From positions 64,974 to 128,973 of the forward strand of contig CAVWSE010000002.1 in the NCBI GenBank assembly GCA_963757455.1: DNA of 64,000 nucleotides. The letters are read 5' to 3'. Under the pieces are notes generated by a model. That model was not told the DNA's origin and did not search any database. It saw nothing but the letters and a program-made list of their open reading frames with translations. A program made the position numbers and the translations under genes. This document shows, piece after piece, positions 39,669-49,765 of this stretch. The DNA comes from an uncultured Actinomycetota bacterium (GTDB lineage: Bacteria > Actinomycetota > Actinomycetes > Mycobacteriales > Jatrophihabitantaceae). The stretch's first letter is position 1. Every line of letters starts with the position of its first letter.

Positions 39669-40459
39669 GCATCCTCGACAGGTTCCGCGTCGACGACCAG
39701 GTCGCGATCGTGACCGGTGCCGGACGTGGCATCGGCGCCGCGTCGGCAATCGCACTCGCGGAGGCAGGTGCCGATGTCGTCATCTCGGCCCGCACCGAAG
39801 AGCAGTTGCGCGAGACGGCGGCCGCAATCGAATCAGCGGGTCGCAAGGCGCACGTCGTGGTCGCCGACCTCAACGAGGTCGACCAGGTGAAGTCGCTCGC
39901 CGACGCTGCCCGCGAGGTGTTCGGGCGCGTCGACATCGTCGTGAACAACGTCGGCGGGACGATGCCGCGCACGTACCTCGACACCTCGGTCGGCTTCCTC
40001 GAACGGGCGTTCCACTGGAACGTGTCGACAGCACATGCGCTGACGACCTCGGCCGTACCGCTCATGCTCGAGAACGGCGGCGGCTCGGTCATCAACATCG
40101 CCTCGGTGGTCGGGAAGGTCGCGGGCCGCGGCTACCTCGCGTACGGGACGGCCAAGGGTGCGCTGATCCACTACACCGAACTCGCGGCTGAGGATCTGGC
40201 GCCGCGCATCCGGGCGAACGCGATCGCAGTCGGTTCGGTTGCCACGTCCGCGCTCGACATCGTGATGCAGAACGACGAAATGCGCACCGGCATCGAGCGG
40301 CTGACCCCGCTCGGCCGGCTCGGTGTCGTCGAGGACATCGCTGCGGCCGTCGTCTACCTGGCCTCCCCCGCCGGTGCGTATCTCACCGGCGCCGTGCTCG
40401 ACGTCCACGGCGGGCTGCAGAAGCCCAACATGGACCTGCCGATCCCGGACCTGACATGA
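39665..40459 (+). CDS. SDR (3-oxoacyl-reductase-like)
   Basis: ATGA overlap with the upstream gene. Motifs [20 protein letters not shown]. Confidence 0.8.
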   Translation: MSILDRFRVDDQVAIVTGAGRGIGAASAIALAEAGADVVISARTEEQLRETAAAIESAGRKAHVVVADLNEVDQVKSLADAAREVFGRVDIVVNNVGGTMPRTYLDTSVGFLERAFHWNVSTAHALTTSAVPLMLENGGGSVINIASVVGKVAGRGYLAYGTAKGALIHYTELAAEDLAPRIRANAIAVGSVATSALDIVMQNDEMRTGIERLTPLGRLGVVEDIAAAVVYLASPAGAYLTGAVLDVHGGLQKPNMDLPIPDLT

Positions 40460-40477
40460 GCGACGCTTGCGGAGCGA
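40457..40477 (+). repeat. 21-nt junction motif TGAGCGACGCTTGCGGAGCGA (copy 2 of 2)
   Basis: See 33561-33581. Here the first TGA is the SDR stop codon. An AAAGGAG SD and the ATG at 40497 follow. Confidence 0.6.
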
Positions 40478-40496
40478 GTGGCGGAAAGGAGATCGC

Positions 40497-41570
40497 ATGA
40501 AACGCTTACAAGTGATCCAGTGGAGCACCGGCAACGTCGGTCGGCACGCGATCGCCGGCATCACCGCACGTCCGGAACTCGAACTCGTCGGAGTGTGGGT
40601 GTCCGACCCGGCCAAGGTCGGGCAGGACGCCGGCAAGCTCGCCGGGCTTGACCGTGACCTGGGTGTGCTCGCGACCAACGACGCCGACGAACTGCTCGCG
40701 CTGCGCCCTGACTGCATCGTGCACACCGCGATGGCCGACAACCGGCTCGTCGAGGCGATCGAGGACCTGAAGCGGTTCCTGGCCGCCGGCATCAATGTCG
40801 TGTCGAGCAGCCCGGTGTTCCTGCAGTACCCGGACGGCACCGTCCCGCCTGAACTGACCGATCCGATAAGGCAGGCGGCGCTCGACGGCGGCGCATCGTT
40901 GTTCGTCAACGGTGTCGACCCGGGCTTCGCCAACGACTGGTTGCCGCTGGTGCTGACGTCGGTGTCCGAGCGCATCGACGAGGTGCGCTGCATGGAGCTG
41001 CTCGACTACTCCACTTATGACAGCGCGACAGTGCTGTTCGACGTGATGGGGTTCGGGAAACCATTGGACGAGACGCCGATGCTCCTGATGCCCGGCGTGC
41101 TGTCGTTGGCGTGGGGGTCGGTCGTGCGGCAGTTGGCCGCCGGGCTCGACGTCGAGCTCGACGAGGTGATCGAGAGCGTCATCCGGCTACCCGCCCCCGA
41201 GACGTTCGAGATCGCGTCGGGCACGATCGCCGAGGGCACGCAGGCGGCACTGCGGTTCGAGGTGCTCGGCGTGCGCGGCGGCCGCCCGGTCGTGGTGCTC
41301 GAACACGTCACGAGATTGCGGCCCGATCTCGGACCCGACTGGCCGCAGCCGGCCGGCCAGGGCTGTTATCGAGTCAAGGTGACCGGCGAGCCCAACTACA
41401 CGCTCGACCTCGAGCTGCTCGGCACCGACGGCGACCACAACACCGCAGGGCTCAAGGCGACGGCGATGCGCCTGGTCAACGCGGTCGAGGCGGTCGTGGC
41501 AGCACCACCGGGGCTGCTCACCGCGCTCGACCTGCCGCTCATCACTGGACGCGGGCTCGTCGCCGGCTGA
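40497..41570 (+). CDS. NAD(P)-binding DapB-N-like / amine-dehydrogenase-family oxidoreductase
   Basis: AAAGGAG SD. Sequence MKRLQVIQWSTGNVGRHAI. 357 aa. Confidence 0.6.
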   Translation: MKRLQVIQWSTGNVGRHAIAGITARPELELVGVWVSDPAKVGQDAGKLAGLDRDLGVLATNDADELLALRPDCIVHTAMADNRLVEAIEDLKRFLAAGINVVSSSPVFLQYPDGTVPPELTDPIRQAALDGGASLFVNGVDPGFANDWLPLVLTSVSERIDEVRCMELLDYSTYDSATVLFDVMGFGKPLDETPMLLMPGVLSLAWGSVVRQLAAGLDVELDEVIESVIRLPAPETFEIASGTIAEGTQAALRFEVLGVRGGRPVVVLEHVTRLRPDLGPDWPQPAGQGCYRVKVTGEPNYTLDLELLGTDGDHNTAGLKATAMRLVNAVEAVVAAPPGLLTALDLPLITGRGLVAG

Positions 41571-42684
41571 GCCGCGCGCGCCAGCCGATCTGTTCGACCA
41601 GCGCAAGTTCGACCGCGTTGAGCACGGCGAGGACGATCGCGAGCGCGAACAGCGCGGCCAGTGCTGGGACGTGCGGTGCGATCGGGATCAGCACAAGGAC
41701 GACTGCCGCGGTCGACAGCCGAGTCCACGAGATCAATCGGAACATCGCCCACCGCGTGTAGCCGAACGTTGCGAGATACAGCGCGGTGCCGCCGAACAGC
41801 AGCCCGGTCACCGCCCAGCTCAGTGCGTGCGTCGGCGCCGCGACCGAGTCGTGCAACCCCACAGCGACGATGATGATCGCCGCGATGAACGCGAGATGCC
41901 CGTACGAGAGCACGAGCCGCGTGATGTCGAGCTGCACCTGGGCCGTCGCCAGCGCGTGGCGCACGGCGTCCGCTGCGAAGTGGAAGTAGACCCACCACAG
42001 CCCCGCACTGAGCAGGAACGCGGCCGCGATCGCGAATCCTGTTGCTACGTCGAGGTTTCCCGTCACCGTCGTCACAGACACGACCGACTCGCCGAGCGCG
42101 ATCAGCACGAACAGGCCGAAGCGCTCGGCGAGATGACCCGAGTCGACGCGCATGCCGGCCATCCGGCGCCGCAGCAGCCGGGGTGTCGAGAGGTCGAGCA
42201 CTGCGGCGACGGCCCAGAGCAATTCGCGGGCGTCGTTGTGGACGAGCGCGCCGACGACGAGCAGCGGCCCGGTGAACAGGACGCTGATCGTGACGGGATT
42301 GAGCAGGATTGCGCGCTGCGCGCGGAACATGGGCAGCTGCGGCAGCGCGAGCGCGATCCGTCCGGCCCAGTAGGCGGTTGCGAACAGCAGCCCGAGCCGG
42401 CCGTACGAGTCGTCGAGCGAGGCGGCCATGAACACGGCCGCGAGGGCGACCGCGAACAGCCGTAGTCGCAGGATCACCCGCGAGGTGTCCTGCTGGTTGG
42501 TCTGGATCGCCATGCCGACCCAGAGCCAATACACCGGCACGAACACGATCACTGCGCGGAGCACGCCACCCCACGAGTGATCGTGTTCGATGAACGCCGA
42601 TACGCGAGTAACCGCGACGACGAACACCAGGTCGAAGTAGAGCTCAGCCCAGCTGACGCGCTTGCCGGACTCGGGTTCGCTCAC
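41542..42684 (-). CDS. LtrA (low-temperature-requirement A)-like membrane protein
   Basis: 380 aa. Sequence VSWAELYFDLVFVVAV with about 10 TM segments. Confidence 0.7.
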   Translation of the reverse strand: MSEPESGKRVSWAELYFDLVFVVAVTRVSAFIEHDHSWGGVLRAVIVFVPVYWLWVGMAIQTNQQDTSRVILRLRLFAVALAAVFMAASLDDSYGRLGLLFATAYWAGRIALALPQLPMFRAQRAILLNPVTISVLFTGPLLVVGALVHNDARELLWAVAAVLDLSTPRLLRRRMAGMRVDSGHLAERFGLFVLIALGESVVSVTTVTGNLDVATGFAIAAAFLLSAGLWWVYFHFAADAVRHALATAQVQLDITRLVLSYGHLAFIAAIIIVAVGLHDSVAAPTHALSWAVTGLLFGGTALYLATFGYTRWAMFRLISWTRLSTAAVVLVLIPIAPHVPALAALFALAIVLAVLNAVELALVEQIGWRARLSRRRARVQ

Positions 42685-42708
42685 ACGACCCAGTCTGCCG
42701 GGTTGGTG

Positions 42709-43017
42709 CTACTGCGGAGCGATGCCGAACTGCACTTGGCCCTGCGGGTCGACGCCCGCATCGAGCGTCTTGTCGTCGAGCAACCCGGCTGCGGTCGGCT
42801 CGAGGAACACCCGCGCGCCGTTCTCGGCGATCACGGCGTCGTCCTCGGCCGGGGTCAGCGCGAGCGACAGGGTCAACGTCGCGCCGTCCGGGTTGCTGGC
42901 GATGCGAATTCCCGCGTCGTCCGGCACCTCGGGGTTGTTCTCGATCAGGTTCTTGATCTCGGTCGTGGCGCTGTCAGTCAGCGTCAACACGTCGTGAAGT
43001 CCTTCCGTCGGTTGCAT
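42709..43017 (-). CDS. HesB/IscA-like small protein (no conserved Cys)
   Basis: ATG at 43017. Sequence LTLTDSATTEIKNLIE...GIRIA...LSLALTPAEDDAVIAENGARVFLE. Confidence 0.55.
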   Translation of the reverse strand: MQPTEGLHDVLTLTDSATTEIKNLIENNPEVPDDAGIRIASNPDGATLTLSLALTPAEDDAVIAENGARVFLEPTAAGLLDDKTLDAGVDPQGQVQFGIAPQ

Positions 43018-43112
43018 ATGCGAACGCGATCCACGGTCGTCACCAGCGTCCCCGAAGTCAAATGGCGGTGCCGCCCGGGCGTGTCGGTTGCGGCGGGTGG
43101 CATCGTGGACGC

Positions 43113-43385
43113 ATGTGCCGCAACATTCGCCCCCTGCACAACTTCGAGCCGCCGGCGACAAGTGACGAAGTCCACGCCGCCGCGGTGCAGTACGTGCGCA
43201 AGGTCGCCGGGACGACCCGCCCCTCAGCCGCCAACCAGGAGGCGTTCGACGAAGCAGTCGCCGCGGTCGCGCATGCGACCGGACACTTGCTCGACGCGTT
43301 GGTGACAACGGCGCCGCCGAAGAACCGCGAGGAAGAAGCAGCCAAGGCGCGGCTGCGTGCCGAGAAGCGCTACGCGCGCGTGTGA
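43113..43385 (+). CDS. DUF2277 family protein
   Basis: ATG at 43113. MCRNIRPLHNFEPPAT is the hallmark N-terminus of this family. Confidence 0.65.
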   Translation: MCRNIRPLHNFEPPATSDEVHAAAVQYVRKVAGTTRPSAANQEAFDEAVAAVAHATGHLLDALVTTAPPKNREEEAAKARLRAEKRYARV

Positions 43386-44344
43386 AAGTCACCGTCTTCT
43401 TTCTCGGCGGCACCATCAGCATGTCCGGGACGACGAGCGCGGTGGCGCGACTCGGCGGTGATGAACTGCTCGCGTCCGTGCCGGGCCTGAGCGACCTCGG
43501 CCTCGATGTGGACGTGCGCGACTTCCGGCGGATGCCGAGCGCAAGCTTCGCGTTCGCCGACCTGATCGAACTCCTCGAGCAGGCTGACGACGCATCGACC
43601 GACGGCGTCGTTGTCGTGCAAGGCACCGACACGATCGAAGAGACTGCGTTCCTGGCCGATCTGCTGTGGACGCGCGAGGAGCCGGTCGTGGTCACTGGTG
43701 CGATGCGCACGCCGGCGATGGCCGGCGCGGACGGTCCGGCGAACCTGCTTGCCGCGTTGACGGTCGCAGCGTCGCACGATGCACGCGGACGAGGCGCGCT
43801 CGTCGTCATGAACGACGAGATCCACGCCGCGCGTCACGTCGCCAAGCGACACACGTCCAGCACGGCAGCGTTCGAGTCACCCGACACCGGCCCGATCGGA
43901 CGCCTCGTCGAAGGTGTGGCGGTATTCCGGTACGGCGACGCGCGCCGGCCTGCCCTCCCGCGACCGCGGGCAATCGATGCGCGCGTGCCCCTCGTTGTTG
44001 CGGCGCTGGGCGATGACGGGGCTTTGCTCGATGGCATCGGCACCGACTGCGCCGGCCTCGTCGTTGCCGGCTTCGGTGTCGGACACGTCCCCGAGCGCTG
44101 GGTCGAGCGGCTCGGTGCCCTCGCCGCGCGCATGCCGGTCGTGCTGGCGAGCCGCATCGGCGTCGGACCTGTCCTCACGCACACCTACGGTGCGCCCGGC
44201 TCGGAAACCGACCTGCGCAGTCGCGGCCTCGTGACTTGCGGGAACCTCAACGCCTATCAAGCCCGGCTGTTGTTGCTCGTGCTGCTGAGCAACGGCACCG
44301 ACGACGTACGTGCCACTTTCAGCGCCTGGATCGAGCGTGCCTAG
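43382..44344 (+). CDS. L-asparaginase (type I-like)
   Basis: GTGA overlap with the upstream gene. Motifs FLGGTISM and VVVQGTDTIEETAF. Confidence 0.8.
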   Translation: MKVTVFFLGGTISMSGTTSAVARLGGDELLASVPGLSDLGLDVDVRDFRRMPSASFAFADLIELLEQADDASTDGVVVVQGTDTIEETAFLADLLWTREEPVVVTGAMRTPAMAGADGPANLLAALTVAASHDARGRGALVVMNDEIHAARHVAKRHTSSTAAFESPDTGPIGRLVEGVAVFRYGDARRPALPRPRAIDARVPLVVAALGDDGALLDGIGTDCAGLVVAGFGVGHVPERWVERLGALAARMPVVLASRIGVGPVLTHTYGAPGSETDLRSRGLVTCGNLNAYQARLLLLVLLSNGTDDVRATFSAWIERA

Positions 44345-45096
44345 ACCCGCTGTGTGCGCAGCACTCCGGTGACCATCGGCAGCGTGAACTCGCCGTGCGC
44401 GGTCTCCGGTCGGTGTGCGAGGTAGTCGCGCATCTTCGTGAGCCGGGACCCGCGGTCAGTCTCGGACATGACCAGGATTCCTGCCTTCGTACCGAACGTC
44501 GCGACGAGCGAATCTGCCGTGCGTTGCTGGCCGTTCGCGAACTCGGCTTGCTCGGCGGCACCGAAGTGCGCGGACGCGTACAGCTCGGCGATCGCGACCC
44601 GCCACGCCGCCGGCGTGTCCCGAGGGCCGATCGCCGCCGGACCCCCGACCTCGGCGAGGCCGGCCACCCAGTCGACCCGATCGTCCATGAGGTTCCAGAG
44701 CCCGGCGAGCACACCGCCGGGTACGAGCACCCGCGCGATCTCCGGCCCCGCGACGGCCATGTCGAACCAGTGCATCGCGTTGCCTGCGAGCACCGCATCG
44801 ACCGACCCGTCCGGCAGCGGGATCGCTTCGGCGCTGCCCGCCAACGCGCGAGCCGTGGGCAACGCGCGGCGCAACTCGGTCAGCATCGCGGGGTCCGGCT
44901 CGACCGCGACGACGTCGAGACCGAGCGCCATCAGCGTGGCGGTCAGCTTGCCGGTGCCGGCACCGAGGTCGAGGACGCGCCGTCCGGGGGCTGGGTCGAG
45001 CGCCCACGACACAGCTGCCGTCGCGTAATCAGGACGATGTTCGGCGTAGGCAACCGCTGCCGTGCCGAAGGACGAAGCGAGGCTGCGTTGCTCCAC
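44341..45096 (-). CDS. Class I SAM-dependent methyltransferase
   Basis: Motif VLDLGAGTGKLT. 251 aa. Confidence 0.8.
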   Translation of the reverse strand: MEQRSLASSFGTAAVAYAEHRPDYATAAVSWALDPAPGRRVLDLGAGTGKLTATLMALGLDVVAVEPDPAMLTELRRALPTARALAGSAEAIPLPDGSVDAVLAGNAMHWFDMAVAGPEIARVLVPGGVLAGLWNLMDDRVDWVAGLAEVGGPAAIGPRDTPAAWRVAIAELYASAHFGAAEQAEFANGQQRTADSLVATFGTKAGILVMSETDRGSRLTKMRDYLAHRPETAHGEFTLPMVTGVLRTQRV

Positions 45097-45105
45097 GCAG
45101 CAACC

Positions 45106-46275
45106 CTAGGCGGCAGTGAGGACGAGTCCGCTGGTGGGAACGCCGGTGCCTGCAGTGACGAGCACGTTCTCGACGTCGGCAATCTGGTTGACCGCCGTGC
45201 CGCGAACCTGTCGGGTGGCTTCGGCGATGCCGTTCATGCCGTGGATGTATGCCTCGCCGAGCTGCCCCCCGTTCGGATTGAGCGGCAACGCGCCGTCGAG
45301 TTCGAGCCGTCCGTCGGCAATGAAACCAGCCGCCTCGCCTCGGCCGCAGAAGCCGAGTTCCTCCAGTTGCATCAACACGAACGGCGTGAAGTGGTCATAG
45401 AGCACGGCCACGTCGACGTCGGCCGGACCGATGCCCGCCTGCCGCCACAACTGATTCGCGACGACGCCCATCTCCGGCAGGCCCGAGATCGAGTCGCGGT
45501 AGTAGGACGTCATGACGAACTGATCGGGCCCGCTGCCCTGGGCGGCCGCGCTGATCGTGACGGGACGTTGCGCCAGGTCACGCGCGCGTTCGGACGAAGT
45601 AACGACGATCGCGACCCCGCCGTCGCTCTCTTGACAGCAGTCGAGCAGATGCAACGGTTCGGCGATCCACCGCGACGCCTGGTGATCGGCCAGCGAGATC
45701 GGTCGTTGGTAGAAGAATGCGTTCGGATTGGTCGCTGCAGCCCTGCGCACTGCGACGGCGACCCGGCCGAAGTCTTCACTCGTTGCGCCGTACTCGTGCA
45801 TGTAACGCCGCGCGGCCATTGCCACCCACGCCGCCGGTGTGCTCAACCCCATGGGGTAGACCCACCCGGCGTCGACGCCGGACGAAGTCGGTGCGAACGC
45901 AAGATTGCTCATCACCTGCCCGAAGCGTTGTCCGGAGCGCTCGTTGAAGGCGCGGTAACACACGACGACGTCGGCAACGCCGGTCGCGACGGCCATCGCC
46001 GCCTGCTGCACCGTCGCGCAGGCCGCACCGCCGCCGTAGTGGATGCGGCTGAAGAACGACAGCGACGGGATGCCTACCTCGCGGGCGACCGCCGCTTCGG
46101 TGTTGTTGTCCTGGGTGAAAGTGGCCAGGCCGTCGACATCGGACGGCTGCAGGCCGGCATCGGCGATGGCAGCGCGCACGGCCTCGGCGGCGAGGCGCAG
46201 CTCCGATCGTCCGGAGTCCTTGGAGAACTCGGTCGCGCCGATCCCGGCAATGGCGCTCTTCCCTGACAGGCTCAA
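45106..46275 (-). CDS. ltp2: Steroid side-chain retro-aldolase/thiolase-like Ltp2
   Basis: 389 aa of SCP-x-type thiolase fold. The TTG start overlaps the chsH1 stop (TTGA). The order fadE28-fadE29-chsH2-chsH1-ltp2 matches Rv3544c-Rv3540c. Confidence 0.8.
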   Translation of the reverse strand: MSLSGKSAIAGIGATEFSKDSGRSELRLAAEAVRAAIADAGLQPSDVDGLATFTQDNNTEAAVAREVGIPSLSFFSRIHYGGGAACATVQQAAMAVATGVADVVVCYRAFNERSGQRFGQVMSNLAFAPTSSGVDAGWVYPMGLSTPAAWVAMAARRYMHEYGATSEDFGRVAVAVRRAAATNPNAFFYQRPISLADHQASRWIAEPLHLLDCCQESDGGVAIVVTSSERARDLAQRPVTISAAAQGSGPDQFVMTSYYRDSISGLPEMGVVANQLWRQAGIGPADVDVAVLYDHFTPFVLMQLEELGFCGRGEAAGFIADGRLELDGALPLNPNGGQLGEAYIHGMNGIAEATRQVRGTAVNQIADVENVLVTAGTGVPTSGLVLTAA

Positions 46276-46646
46276 CGGGTCACCTTGACCGTTCCCACCA
46301 CGTGGTCGCCGAGCTGTCCGCGTCCGGTCACCGACACCGTGAGGACGTCACCGTCGACTTCGGTCACCGTCCCGGTGAAGGTCAGCGTGTCGTAGGCGTA
46401 GCACGGCACGCCCAAGCGGATCGAGATCGCGTGCACTCGCGACTGCGGGCCGGCCCAGTCGGTGACGAAGCGCTGCACCAGGCCGGTGTCGGTCAGGATG
46501 TTGACGAAGATGTCCTTGCTGCCGCGCTCGATCGCCTTGTCGCGGTCATGATGCACGTCCTGGAAGTCGCGCGTCGCGAGCGCCGAGGAAACGACGAACG
46601 TCGGCGTGGCCTCGATCGTCAGCGTCGGGAGTTCGGTGCCGATCAA
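46272..46646 (-). CDS. chsH1: MaoC-like hydratase subunit ChsH1
   Basis: Proposed TTG start at 46646 overlaps the chsH2 TGA (TTGA). Sequence TFVVSSALATRDFQDVHHDRDKAIERGSKDIFVNILTDTGLVQRFVTDWAGP is nearly identical to Rv3541c by recall. Confidence 0.75.
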   Translation of the reverse strand: MIGTELPTLTIEATPTFVVSSALATRDFQDVHHDRDKAIERGSKDIFVNILTDTGLVQRFVTDWAGPQSRVHAISIRLGVPCYAYDTLTFTGTVTEVDGDVLTVSVTGRGQLGDHVVGTVKVTR

Positions 46647-47530
46647 CGCAGCCTCCAGTACGGCAGAGTCAGCTCGTCGTCGATCTTCGTCAAGGCGAGT
46701 TCGACCGGCACGCCGATCGACACCGCGGACGGGTCGGCGTCCACAAGTTCGGCAATCATGCGCACGCCCTCCTCGAGGTCGACGAGTGCGACGACGAACG
46801 GCAGCGTCTTGCCCGGCACCGGCGGCGCGTGATGCACGACGAAGCTGTAGACCGTCCCGCGGCCGGACGCGACGACGTAGTCGGACTTGTCGGCGCCGCA
46901 GTTCATGCACATCGGACCGGGCGGATTGCGCAGCGTGTCGCAGGACGGGCAGTGCTGGAGGCGCAATTCTCCGGCTGCGGTGCCTTCCCAGAAGAACGCG
47001 GTGTCGTGGCTGACGACGGGGCGCAGCACTGCCGATCGATCGGGTTCAGGTGGCTCAGTCGGCCTCGGCTTGAACTTCAGCACCCGGAACAGCATCTCGG
47101 CGACCGCCTCGTCGCCCGAGTACCAGGTGTTGCGGACGGTGACGAACCAACCCTCGCCGAGCCCGGTCCGCTTCGGCCCGACGACCTCGTCGAGACGGGT
47201 GGTCACCTGCAGCTGCTCGCCGACCTCGAGGTAGCGGTGATAGGTCTGCTCGCAGTTCGTCGCGACGACCGAGGTGAACCCCTCGGCGTCGAGCGCCGCC
47301 ATCATCAGTCCGAGTGGATCGTCACCCGCACGTGGCATGTGCAAGCCCGCCATCGTCCAGACCTGGATCATCGCCGGCGGAGCAATCCCTTCGCGATACG
47401 TGGGATTGTCGTCGCCGAGCGCCTCGGTCCAATTGTTGATCATTGCCTGGTTGATGGGGTCGCGAGCCTGACGCGGCGTGCACTCCCCCGCCGCCTTGAG
47501 CCGCGCGGCGGTATCGAGGATGTCGCTCAT
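46643..47530 (-). CDS. chsH2: MaoC-like hydratase subunit ChsH2 with C-terminal DUF35/OB domain
   Basis: 295 aa. ATGA overlap with the fadE29 stop. Zn-ribbon CPSCDTLRNPPGPMCMNCG. Confidence 0.8.
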   Translation of the reverse strand: MSDILDTAARLKAAGECTPRQARDPINQAMINNWTEALGDDNPTYREGIAPPAMIQVWTMAGLHMPRAGDDPLGLMMAALDAEGFTSVVATNCEQTYHRYLEVGEQLQVTTRLDEVVGPKRTGLGEGWFVTVRNTWYSGDEAVAEMLFRVLKFKPRPTEPPEPDRSAVLRPVVSHDTAFFWEGTAAGELRLQHCPSCDTLRNPPGPMCMNCGADKSDYVVASGRGTVYSFVVHHAPPVPGKTLPFVVALVDLEEGVRMIAELVDADPSAVSIGVPVELALTKIDDELTLPYWRLR

Positions 47531-48679
47531 CGCGTCACTCGCGGAAGCCCGAGACCGAACTGGGCGATGAGTTCGCGTTGCACCTCGTTGACGCCACCGC
47601 CGAACGTGAGCACCAGGCTGCGCTTGGCCTGCACATCGAGCCAGTGCAACAACTCACCCGACGCCGGGTCGGCGGCGTCGCCGTGGCGTCCGACGATCTG
47701 CTCGAGCAGACGGAACACGCGTTGCGCACGCTCGGACGAGAACACCTTCGTCGCCGACGCGTCGGCGACATCGACGGTGTCACCACTCGCGGCGACCTGC
47801 CAGTTGAGCAGTTCATTGATGCGCGTGATCGCGCGAACCTCGGCGAGCGCGCGGCGCACGTCAGGTTCGTCGAGGAAGCCGCGTCGCGAGCCCAGTCGTG
47901 CACGCGGTCGTAGAGACCGGCCGAACTTGCCCGGCGGGCCCGAGCATGACGCGCTCGTGATTGAGCTGGGTGGTGATCAGCTGCCAGCCCTGCGTTCTCC
48001 TCGCCGACCCGCATCGACACCGGAACCCGCACGTCGGAGTAGTAGGTGGTGTTGACGTGGTGCGCGCCATCGGCGGTGATCGTCGGCGTCCACGAGAAGC
48101 CCGGATCGGACGTGTCGACAATGAGGATCGAGATGCCCTTGTGCTTCGGTGCATCGGGATCGGTGCGCACCGCTAGCCAGACGTAGTCGGCGTCATGACC
48201 ACCGGTCGTGAACACCTTCTGCCCGTTCACGACGTACTCGTCACCGTCGCGCACAGCCGTCGTCCGCAGGTTGGCGAGGTCGGTGCCTGCGGACAGGCTC
48301 GGTGTAGCCGATCGCGAAGTGGAGGTCGCCGGCGAGGATGCGCGGCAAGGAACAGGTCCTTCTGTTCCTGCGTGCCGTAGCGCTGCAGTACCGGTCCGAC
48401 GGTCTGCAAGGTCACGTACGGCAGCGGGATGTCGCTGCCGCGCCGCTTCGTTGACGAAGATCGTCTGCTCGAGCTGGCCGAAGCCGCGGCCACCGAACTC
48501 GGTCGGCCAACCGACCCCGAGCCGACCGTCGCGGCCCATCCGCCGCACGACCTCGCGATAGGTGGCGCCATGCCGGGTGACGAGCATCTCGCGCGCCTCG
48601 TCCGCGCGTGACGAGCGACCCGAAATAGCATGCAGCTCGCCTGCAGCGCGCGCTGCTCGTCGCTCAGTTCGATGTGCAC
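47527..48679 (-). pseudogene. fadE29: Acyl-CoA dehydrogenase ChsE2/FadE29 broken by about 7 frame shifts
   Basis: Conserved segments are scattered over three frames. These include VHIELSDEQRALQA, LVTRHGATYREVVRRMGRDGRLGVGWPTEFGG and IPLPYVTLQTVGPVLQRYG. Further segments are PRILAGDLHFAIGYTEP, SAGTDLANLRTTAVRDGDEYVVNGQKVFTTGGHDADYVWL...ISILIVD, WQLITTQLNHERVMLGPAG and INELLNWQVA...FGGGVNEVQRELIA. Confidence 0.8.
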
Positions 48680-49687
48680 GCGGCGATCCGTTCGAGGCGC
48701 GCGTCGGGGCCGCCGACGAGACGGGCGAGGTCCTTGGCGTGCGAGTAGTAGCGGTGCAGCGGGTAGGTGATGTCGACGCCGAGCCCGCCGTGCAGGTGCT
48801 GGCACACCTGCAGTGCAGGCGGGAGCTCGGCCGCGAGCCAGTACGCCGGCGATCTGCGAGTCGGCAGCGCTGACCTTGTTGTTCGCGAGTTGCCAGTTCA
48901 CCGTTGCCGCCGCCAGATGCATCGTGCGGGCCGCGATGTACACCTCGGCGATCTGTTGGGCGACCGCCTGGAAGATGGCGAGCGGACGGCCGAACTGTTC
49001 GCGGGTGCGTACGTGTTCCGTTGTCAGGCCCAGCGCTCCGGCCAGCACGCCGTCGCCCATCGCGGCCGCGCCGGCGAGCGCGCAGACCTCGAGGTCGGCG
49101 AGCTGAACCGGGCACGACACGTCCGCGGGGCACCGTCGTGCAGGCGACCGTGTACTCCGGCGAGCCGGTCGACGTCGTCGTTCGGGTCAGCGTCACGCCT
49201 TCTGCGGCGGGTGGCACGAGCGCGATGCCCGCGTCGGTGGCGAGCAGCATCCGGCCGCGCTTGTGCGGCGAACGGCACGGCGCGCGCGCGTCCGTCCACC
49301 CGGCCGTCGGAGAGCGTGAACGCCTCGAGCGCTCGCGGTGAGCACGACCCCGTCCGCCACGCCCGTCAGGTGTTGCGCGGCGCCGACGCGGGTCAGCGGC
49401 AGCACTCCGAGCGCGAGGGTCGCGAACGCGGGCAGCGACACCGCCTGGCGACCTACGGCGGTGAGGACGGTGGCGATCTCGACCGCGCCGAGCCCGTCAC
49501 CGCCGTGCTCGGACGGGATGGCGAGCGCGAGCAGGCCGGCCTGCGCCAGCGCCTTCCACGCGGTCTCGTCGTACCCGGCAGCACCGGCCTGACTCTGCAT
49601 AACGCGGGCGTGCTCGCCGACGTCGCGCAGCACGGTTGCCGCCAGTTCGGCGACCTGCTGCGCAGTGTCATCGAGCGTGAAGTCCAC
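48664..49687 (-). pseudogene. fadE28: Acyl-CoA dehydrogenase ChsE1/FadE28 broken by about 4 frame shifts
   Basis: GTG at 49687. The path runs frame 1, then 0 (about 49335), then 2 (about 49255), then 1 (about 49125), then 0 (about 48850). The C-terminus YWLAAELPPALQVCQHLHGGLGVDITYPLHRYY is read in frame 0 to the TGA at 48664. Confidence 0.75.
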
Positions 49688-49710
49688 GCCTGCACCTCCA
49701 CGGAGCTAGG

Positions 49711-49724
49711 TAGAACGTGTTCTA
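49711..49724. promoter_or_regulatory. KstR operator box (TAGAACGTGTTCTA)
   Basis: Full match. Lies between fadE28 (minus strand) and the divergent hydrolase gene. Confidence 0.8.
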
Positions 49725-49765
49725 GTATTGACCACGTGGCAGCGACCAGGCAAGATGAGGGCTTC

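Noticed and set aside
47535-49250. 571-aa ORF spanning fadE29 and fadE28 that looks like a single large protein.
   Set aside because: It is a chimera. Only interspersed stretches (for example GISILIVDTSDPGFSWTP, LVTRHGATYREVVRRMG, MLLATDAGIALVPP) are ACAD-like. The rest is out-of-frame read-through of two frameshifted genes.
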